Positions 26,816 to 32,000 of a DNA stretch of 32,000 bases are shown here, piece after piece. The translations under genes and the position numbers were made by a program. Location of the stretch: positions 615,010 through 647,009 of the forward strand of contig CAYHAA010000001.1 of assembly GCA_964354495.1 (NCBI GenBank). The letters run 5' to 3'. The notes beneath the pieces are model-generated. The model was not told the origin of the DNA. It worked only from the letters and a program-made list of their open reading frames with translations, and did no database searches. Position 1 is the first letter of the stretch. Every line of letters begins with the position of its first letter. Source of the DNA: an uncultured archaeon. Lineage in GTDB: Archaea > Asgardarchaeota > Thorarchaeia > Thorarchaeales > Thorarchaeaceae.

Positions 26816-27421
26816 ATGATGCAACTCCACGCTTTTCACGAATTGAAACTGATTGGCCTGACCATCCTGGCAGTTATCTTTGTGCTCAAGGTCTACCTTG
26901 CTCCTGGAGACTCTGTAGGGATTATTATGACTGGTGCTGGTCTGGCCGCATATGTTGCAGCCTTAGTTATCCATCTGTCATCGTCATCCATACCACGGGT
27001 CCTCTGGGATGCCAAGCTCGGCGCTGTGGCTATCATTCGCTCTTGGACAGTCGAGGTCGCCTCAGCAAAGATTCTCTCAAGTGTGCCTATTGGCATTGAC
27101 TTGAGTCATTCTGGTCGAAAGGTACTGCAGTCTATGTACACTCGATTCCTAGACAAGCCCGGGGGAACATTAGTCTTCTTCATCACTAGACCGATGGGCA
27201 ACCAATCAACAAGAGTGGGCTACCTAGTTCGGAGAAGGAGATTGAGGCTTTGGAACAGCTTAGGTCCGGTTAACAACCTTGGGAAGATGATCACTGCTGA
27301 CTGTATGATTCTGGAACGGTCGATGAGAGCTGCCTATCCTCATCTTCCCGTGGTCGATGCTAGCTTCGCCGACATCATAACAACCGCAGCTGGAGGTCTT
27401 GAAACTCATGTCGTCGTCTGA
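26816..27421 (+). CDS. Membrane protein with two N-terminal TM helices and a cytoplasmic alpha/beta domain
   Basis: LIGLTILAVIFVLKVYL and VGIIMTGAGLAAYVAALVIHL followed by a basic soluble region; 2-nt gap to XPD. Confidence 0.7.
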   Translation: MMQLHAFHELKLIGLTILAVIFVLKVYLAPGDSVGIIMTGAGLAAYVAALVIHLSSSSIPRVLWDAKLGAVAIIRSWTVEVASAKILSSVPIGIDLSHSGRKVLQSMYTRFLDKPGGTLVFFITRPMGNQSTRVGYLVRRRRLRLWNSLGPVNNLGKMITADCMILERSMRAAYPHLPVVDASFADIITTAAGGLETHVVV

Positions 27422-27707
27422 ACAACGCTCTGGCATCGAAATCCCTGAAGGTGTAAGTCCAGAGGCAATCATGAGCTTTTTGGAAGTTGGTCACAACTAT
27501 CGTTGGACCGTGCTTACGCGTCTGCCTCTCTTGGTCGCTCACGGTGCACCTGCACTGGGCACTGGTAATATGCCTGAAATCCTCTTGGCTGGCAATAGAT
27601 CTATGATTATTGCAGGTGGTGACACCGCATACGTCGAGAGAATACGCCACGTACTCGAGATGTTGAAGCGTCAATCACAGCGAATGATTTTTACAAAGGA
27701 GGGTTGA
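27408..27707 (+). CDS. Small hypothetical protein
   Basis: GGAGGT at 27392-27397 precedes ATG 27408; overlaps the upstream gene by 14 nt. Confidence 0.65.
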   Translation: MSSSEQRSGIEIPEGVSPEAIMSFLEVGHNYRWTVLTRLPLLVAHGAPALGTGNMPEILLAGNRSMIIAGGDTAYVERIRHVLEMLKRQSQRMIFTKEG

Positions 27708-27711
27708 GAGA

Positions 27712-30072
27712 ATGCCTAAACGCTTGATACTTGGGACTAGACCTGAATCCGATCCTCTGAAAGAGTTCTCCGATTCTGACTACTCCGTTTCCTCTTCTAC
27801 TGAGATCCGATGGGATGAGAGGACACAGAGTCGTCCTCTTGCTCTACCAGCGTTCATCTCGCTCATCTGTGTTGCCCTTGGGTTGTATGACCCCCTCATC
27901 CCGTTCACTGTCGGAATCGCCGTTGTTGCGTTGGTCCTGTTGATCCCTTTCATCCGAACGAACTGGGACAAGATGGTCTTGCGAGAAGACTCTTGGATTG
28001 AGGTACAGCAATCAGACACGCTTTGCTCTATCGTTGATGACATTGTGGGCCTGAACTGCAGGACACCTACAGGTACACATCATCTAATGGGAATGCAGCT
28101 GGGTGCTGCAAACTCCATTCTTCTAGGTGACGTCGGCTCGTTCGTGCGAGCGGTTGATGGCCCATTCGGTTTTTGCCTAACTGTGACGATGCAGCCCGAG
28201 AAAGTCCAACGTGCCCTGGACGAGGAACGCATTGCGGATCCGGTTGAAGATTATCTCAACGCGATTCCTAAAGGAGAGGTTGAAGCTTATGTTCTTCGGC
28301 GAGGGGGCCTGTGGATTTCTCAGGTGACAGCTGTGGGCCATTTCAGGAACGCTGCTGATGGCGATATCTTCGAGTGTGCCCTAAAGGCATCGATTCCAAT
28401 GGATAAATGGAAGCGTATCCCGTCTAGGACTCTGCAAAAAGGAACTGAGCAGCTTGCTGCTAACGACCAATCTAAGTGGTTCTATGCAGTTGGCTCAGAG
28501 CTCTCTGAATGGTTAGTGCAGCTGCGATCAGAGCTGGCTTCCGAGGTTGGACGAAGTATCCCCGGTCAGTTTCTCGCCCCAATCAGAGGGAGATCCGATG
28601 ACTATCGCTTGGGCGTGACTATCAATCCAGATACCTTACGGACAGGACCACCAGTAGGCCTCTCTCACCTTGAACTGGAGAATGGCCTGTTGATATGCGG
28701 AGGCGCTGCTGAATCAAGAATGAGAATCATTGCTCTACTGACATCTGAGCTCTTGCATGCTGGCAAGCGCATTATCATCTTTACAAATAACAGAGCATCT
28801 ATTGGTTATGCTCGGCTCTTGGAAGGAACAGTGCATCTTGAGCTCGGAAGAGACTTTGTGCTCAATCCAGTCGACTCTGAAGGTGTTCCAAGAAGCGACT
28901 ATGTACCGCTTCTGATCTCTTCCCTTGAAGTGGTGGCAGCCACAGATCTGAGGGGTGCCGCGGAGCTTGAGCTGGCAATATCGTGTGCTGTCACTCTTGG
29001 AAATGCAACACTGGCTGACGTTCAACTCAGCAATGGCTCTGAAGAGGCTATTTCATCTTCTCCTGAAACCTCGAAACCACTTGAATCAATGCCTTCGAAC
29101 AAGTCGAAGACAGGAATGGAGGCAGTTCGCTCACTGCATCAAGGCTCTGCCGCTAAAGCATTCTATGGCACTCAGACAGCTCCAACTTCTAGGCTCACAG
29201 AATCTGCATTGACTGTTGTAAGGGTTCTTCTGGGGTCTGCTTCTCTCGAACACTTTGCATGGAATGTGATTTCAATAAAGCTGGCCGGTCTGGGTCCAGA
29301 TCCCAATCTAGTGGTGATTCTTGATGGACCAGAGAACATGCGGGTGAGAAATCGCACCTTCATGAAGCATGACTCGCTTAGTGAGCGTCTTGTTGAAAAC
29401 ATGAAGAAGAGAGGTCCAGTCGTAGTAGCACTGGAGCATCCCGCAGACATGGCTGTGGGAGCTATCGGTGCTTTGGCTTCATGTGTGTCACTGAGGCTGC
29501 GTGAGGCAGCAGACATCATGGTGGCTTCCGATATATTGGGCCTGAATGTGATTACAACTCCCTTGCATACTAAAGCGCGTATTTCTCCGAGAGAATCCTC
29601 ATATCTTCGAGTAATGGATGATGACACTGCACTCCTCGTGCATGATGGGACTGAAAGCTGTCAACCTATCAGACTCGATCCAGCTCCCGAATTGACTCCG
29701 GAGAGTGCCACAGAGGAGGAGTCCCAACGGATTGGCACACTGCTATCATCAGAGGACACGAGCAGTGCACCAAATCAAGGGTCTCTGCTTGACAGAGTTT
29801 CTGCGGGCTGTACTATTCTTGCCATCAGAGTCCTGAAGTTGCTTGAGAGATACGAACCGTTGACTCAGGAGGCTGTACGTCGATTCATAGTGGCTAGTGG
29901 TTCGGAGAATGATCCTGACGTAGAGGCTGTCCTTGCGAGGCTTGAGCATGCTAGCATGATTCTACGCGGTCATGAGGTCCATAGCGGAGTATCGTATACA
30001 AACTACAGAATCACAATGAAAGGAAGCATGGCCCTTCGTCAGACTGAGGGTACGGAGGGTGCAATTGCATGA
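27712..30072 (+). CDS. Membrane-anchored HerA/VirB4/FtsK-like protein with degenerate ATPase motifs and C-terminal winged helix
   Basis: Two N-terminal TMs. GLLICGGAAESRM occupies the Walker A position, FVLNPVD follows, VVILDGPE occupies the Walker B position and MKKRGPVVVALEHPAD matches the GRKYG...TQRPSD position. C-terminal wHTH: RVLKLLERYEPLT...LARLEHASMI...YRITMKG. Confidence 0.6.
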   Translation: MPKRLILGTRPESDPLKEFSDSDYSVSSSTEIRWDERTQSRPLALPAFISLICVALGLYDPLIPFTVGIAVVALVLLIPFIRTNWDKMVLREDSWIEVQQSDTLCSIVDDIVGLNCRTPTGTHHLMGMQLGAANSILLGDVGSFVRAVDGPFGFCLTVTMQPEKVQRALDEERIADPVEDYLNAIPKGEVEAYVLRRGGLWISQVTAVGHFRNAADGDIFECALKASIPMDKWKRIPSRTLQKGTEQLAANDQSKWFYAVGSELSEWLVQLRSELASEVGRSIPGQFLAPIRGRSDDYRLGVTINPDTLRTGPPVGLSHLELENGLLICGGAAESRMRIIALLTSELLHAGKRIIIFTNNRASIGYARLLEGTVHLELGRDFVLNPVDSEGVPRSDYVPLLISSLEVVAATDLRGAAELELAISCAVTLGNATLADVQLSNGSEEAISSSPETSKPLESMPSNKSKTGMEAVRSLHQGSAAKAFYGTQTAPTSRLTESALTVVRVLLGSASLEHFAWNVISIKLAGLGPDPNLVVILDGPENMRVRNRTFMKHDSLSERLVENMKKRGPVVVALEHPADMAVGAIGALASCVSLRLREAADIMVASDILGLNVITTPLHTKARISPRESSYLRVMDDDTALLVHDGTESCQPIRLDPAPELTPESATEEESQRIGTLLSSEDTSSAPNQGSLLDRVSAGCTILAIRVLKLLERYEPLTQEAVRRFIVASGSENDPDVEAVLARLEHASMILRGHEVHSGVSYTNYRITMKGSMALRQTEGTEGAIA

Positions 30073-32000
30073 CCGTAGTTTCGGATGTGACATCACTGGT
30101 CACAAAGCTACTCAGTCAGGCTGGGATGAAACCCCGGGGTGTTCAAACCGAGGCAATCAACAGAGGTCTCTTGGAGGGAGAGAGCATCATGGTTTCCTCT
30201 CCGACAGGCTCTGGCAAGACATTCTGCGGCGAGATTGCGCTTCTGAGAGCAGTTGCCTCCGGAAAGAAAGGGCTGTTTCTCGTACCACTACGAGCTCTTG
30301 CAGTTCAGGTATTCAGAACGGTGAAAGAAAGATACGAGCACTTGGGCGTCTCAATTGGGCTGAGCACTGGTGATTTTCAAAACAATGGAGATGGACTTGC
30401 TGAGAATGATATTATCATCACGACGTACGAACGTGCAGATTCACTCTTACGAAGCAAAAGTAGTTGTCTCTCTGAGGTCGGCACGATTGTCATCGACGAA
30501 ATTCAAACGCTCTCTGAGGTCGGCCGTGGAGCTCGCCTAGAGAGCTTTATTATTCGGGCAAAGCGAACCATCCAAGACCTTCAGATTGTGGCATTATCCG
30601 CAACAACAGGAGCTCCCGAGGAACTTGCAGAGTGGCTGGGATGTCATCTTGTGATCTCAGACGAACGACCTGTTCCTCTTGTGTATCGAATAGTTACAGC
30701 GAGTGACAAGATTCTCACGATCAAGCATCTAGTGATGACCACAGTTCAAGGGAATGGGCAGGCAATCATCTTTCACCGGACTCGTCGGGAAGCTGAAGCA
30801 GAAGCTAGACGACTCGCTGATGATGTGGGGCGCCAGTTCACTTCTGATGAGAAGACGCGCCTTGATCACGAGCTGAACTCTGTTGAGAATTGGCATGTGC
30901 CCCTCTCTTCAGATCTTAGAGTCCTTCTACACAATGGTATTGCATTTCATCATGCAGGTCTTGGCTTCAATGGTCGTCGAATTGTAGAGCGATTGTTCGA
31001 TAAAGGAATGGTCCGCGTCATATGTGCAACGACAACATTGGCAGCCGGAATGGACCTGCCAGCTAGAACCGTGATACTCTCCAACTTCAGGTCTCCTGCT
31101 GACCACAGAAAATTCCTGTCAGCAAACACAGTCCACCAGATGTTGGGGAGGGCGGGTCGTCCTACTCGTGACAAGATAGGATTCGGAATAATCATTGGAA
31201 ACAGCACAGGTGAGAGTGAGGAGGCAAAACGCCGGTACTTCGAAGTCACCGAAGATGCAACATCAGGAAAGGAAGTTCTATCACCCAAGTATGATCGTGT
31301 CAACAGTGCACTTGCCCACCCTGACACTCTTGCTGAGCAGCTTCTTGTTGCTCTCGACATGATGTCCTCGGCATCCATTGAAGACATCGAGAATGGCTTG
31401 CTTGGTGAATCCTTCTTGGTCTTCTGCGCAATTCGAGACTCAAAGGCTCCAATGAGGGTCTTTCAGCTAGGCGAAATCTCGGCGGCTTCAGTCTTGGAGC
31501 AGCATGCTCTCCCTGAGACCATTCAGACTGCGCGTAAGGATTTGCTCGGTAAGACATCACTTCGTGAGAAGAACGAAACCGTAATTGGCGGGATTGTTAC
31601 GACGCTTGATGGAGGGCAATTCACATGTCGTTTCTCGGTACGTCTTTCGTCATCGGGTGTTGTTGAAGGTCCCATGTGCTCGTGTGGCTCACCCTTGTCT
31701 GAGAGCGGCATTCTGTGCTATCATCTGGTGACTCTAGGAATGGCTGCTGCCAGGAACTTGGGCAATCTGGCTGACTACGTCATTCCTCTCTCACTCTCTG
31801 AATCGAGCCCTCTGGGTCTGTTGATACGCCTTGGACTCGTCGAGGGTGATATTAGTGGAAAGATTAGACCTACACGTCTTGGTCGTGCCGTGAGTAGACT
31901 CTATCTGCGCATTCCCACGGTTCGAGAGACCCTTGCAATGCTCCCCTCGACTGAGGACGTTAAGTCGCTCTTATGGCTCTTGAGGCACGCTGTTTCAATT
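30069..32000 (+). CDS. 3'-truncated Hel308/Hjm/Ski2-like SF2 helicase with an inserted SWIM zinc finger
   Basis: Absent from the ORF track because it has no stop in the window; translated by hand from ATG 30069 (ATGA overlap). Motifs: VQTEAI, SPTGSGKT, VPLRALA, TTYE, IDEIQ, LSAT, FHHAGL, ATTTLAAGMDLPA, QMLGRAGRP, CSC-x10-CYH at 31677-31724 and PTRLGRAVSRLYL. Confidence 0.92.
   Translation, partial: MTVVSDVTSLVTKLLSQAGMKPRGVQTEAINRGLLEGESIMVSSPTGSGKTFCGEIALLRAVASGKKGLFLVPLRALAVQVFRTVKERYEHLGVSIGLSTGDFQNNGDGLAENDIIITTYERADSLLRSKSSCLSEVGTIVIDEIQTLSEVGRGARLESFIIRAKRTIQDLQIVALSATTGAPEELAEWLGCHLVISDERPVPLVYRIVTASDKILTIKHLVMTTVQGNGQAIIFHRTRREAEAEARRLADDVGRQFTSDEKTRLDHELNSVENWHVPLSSDLRVLLHNGIAFHHAGLGFNGRRIVERLFDKGMVRVICATTTLAAGMDLPARTVILSNFRSPADHRKFLSANTVHQMLGRAGRPTRDKIGFGIIIGNSTGESEEAKRRYFEVTEDATSGKEVLSPKYDRVNSALAHPDTLAEQLLVALDMMSSASIEDIENGLLGESFLVFCAIRDSKAPMRVFQLGEISAASVLEQHALPETIQTARKDLLGKTSLREKNETVIGGIVTTLDGGQFTCRFSVRLSSSGVVEGPMCSCGSPLSESGILCYHLVTLGMAAARNLGNLADYVIPLSLSESSPLGLLIRLGLVEGDISGKIRPTRLGRAVSRLYLRIPTVRETLAMLPSTEDVKSLLWLLRHAVSI

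Noticed and set aside
234-29949. Numerous 60-160 aa ORFs antisense or out of frame to the called genes (e.g. 10710..11168, 12784..13257, 22866..23252, 29172..29627)
   Set aside because: They are fully nested in well-supported genes and show no independent motifs.
26816-30072. Calling the membrane genes a Ced or type IV secretion/conjugation system
   Set aside because: No multi-pass CedA/VirB6-like protein, pilin, relaxase or intact ATPase is visible in the window; only an analogy is supported.
30059-31711. ORF-track entries 30059..30373, 30950..31387, 31300..31560 and 31523..31711
   Set aside because: They are shadows of the long Hel308-like frame starting at 30069, which the track missed because it has no stop in the window.
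21481-32000. Operon as an integrated mobile element or known anti-phage system
   Set aside because: No integrase, transposase, att-like repeat or tRNA boundary was seen, and no nuclease or effector typical of named defence systems was recognised; the right boundary is outside the window.
1-32000. CRISPR arrays, rRNA, SRP RNA or RNase P RNA
   Set aside because: No regularly spaced repeats or conserved signature sequences were seen, and intergenic gaps other than 20887-21480 are too short.

Overview
Gene-dense archaeal chromosomal segment. Roadblock/LC7 genes, a RadA-type recombinase, a COG1340-like coiled-coil protein and GAGGTGA/GGAGG ribosome-binding sites with frequent TTG/GTG starts suggest an Asgard archaeon, possibly Thorarchaeia (inference, no search run). 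No rRNA, tRNA, CRISPR array or transposase was recognised. The left two-thirds (1-20.9 kb) is a mixed housekeeping and accessory region: two Roadblock genes, DUF99, an HD nucleotidase, a BMP binding protein, glmS, a RimK-family ligase, a DMT transporter fused to an Lrp/AsnC (RAM) domain beside a stand-alone RAM gene, an ABC-2 exporter, a gamma-carbonic-anhydrase-like protein, a His-less phosphohistidine swivel domain, a Vps62/NPP1-like protein, a HAD hydrolase, an FAD oxidoreductase lacking a canonical start codon, and a GH3 acyl-amido synthetase. The main result is at the right end (about 21.5 kb to beyond 32 kb): at least 10 same-strand genes with overlapping or nearly abutting start and stop codons. 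They encode a RadA paralogue, a Zn-ribbon/winged-helix protein, an XPD/Rad3 Fe-S helicase, a 2-TM membrane protein, a membrane-anchored HerA/VirB4-like ATPase with degenerate catalytic motifs, a Hel308/Ski2-like helicase with a SWIM zinc finger inserted in its winged-helix region, and four unknown proteins. This is a candidate membrane-tethered DNA recombination or DNA-transfer system. All family calls come from motif recognition by eye.
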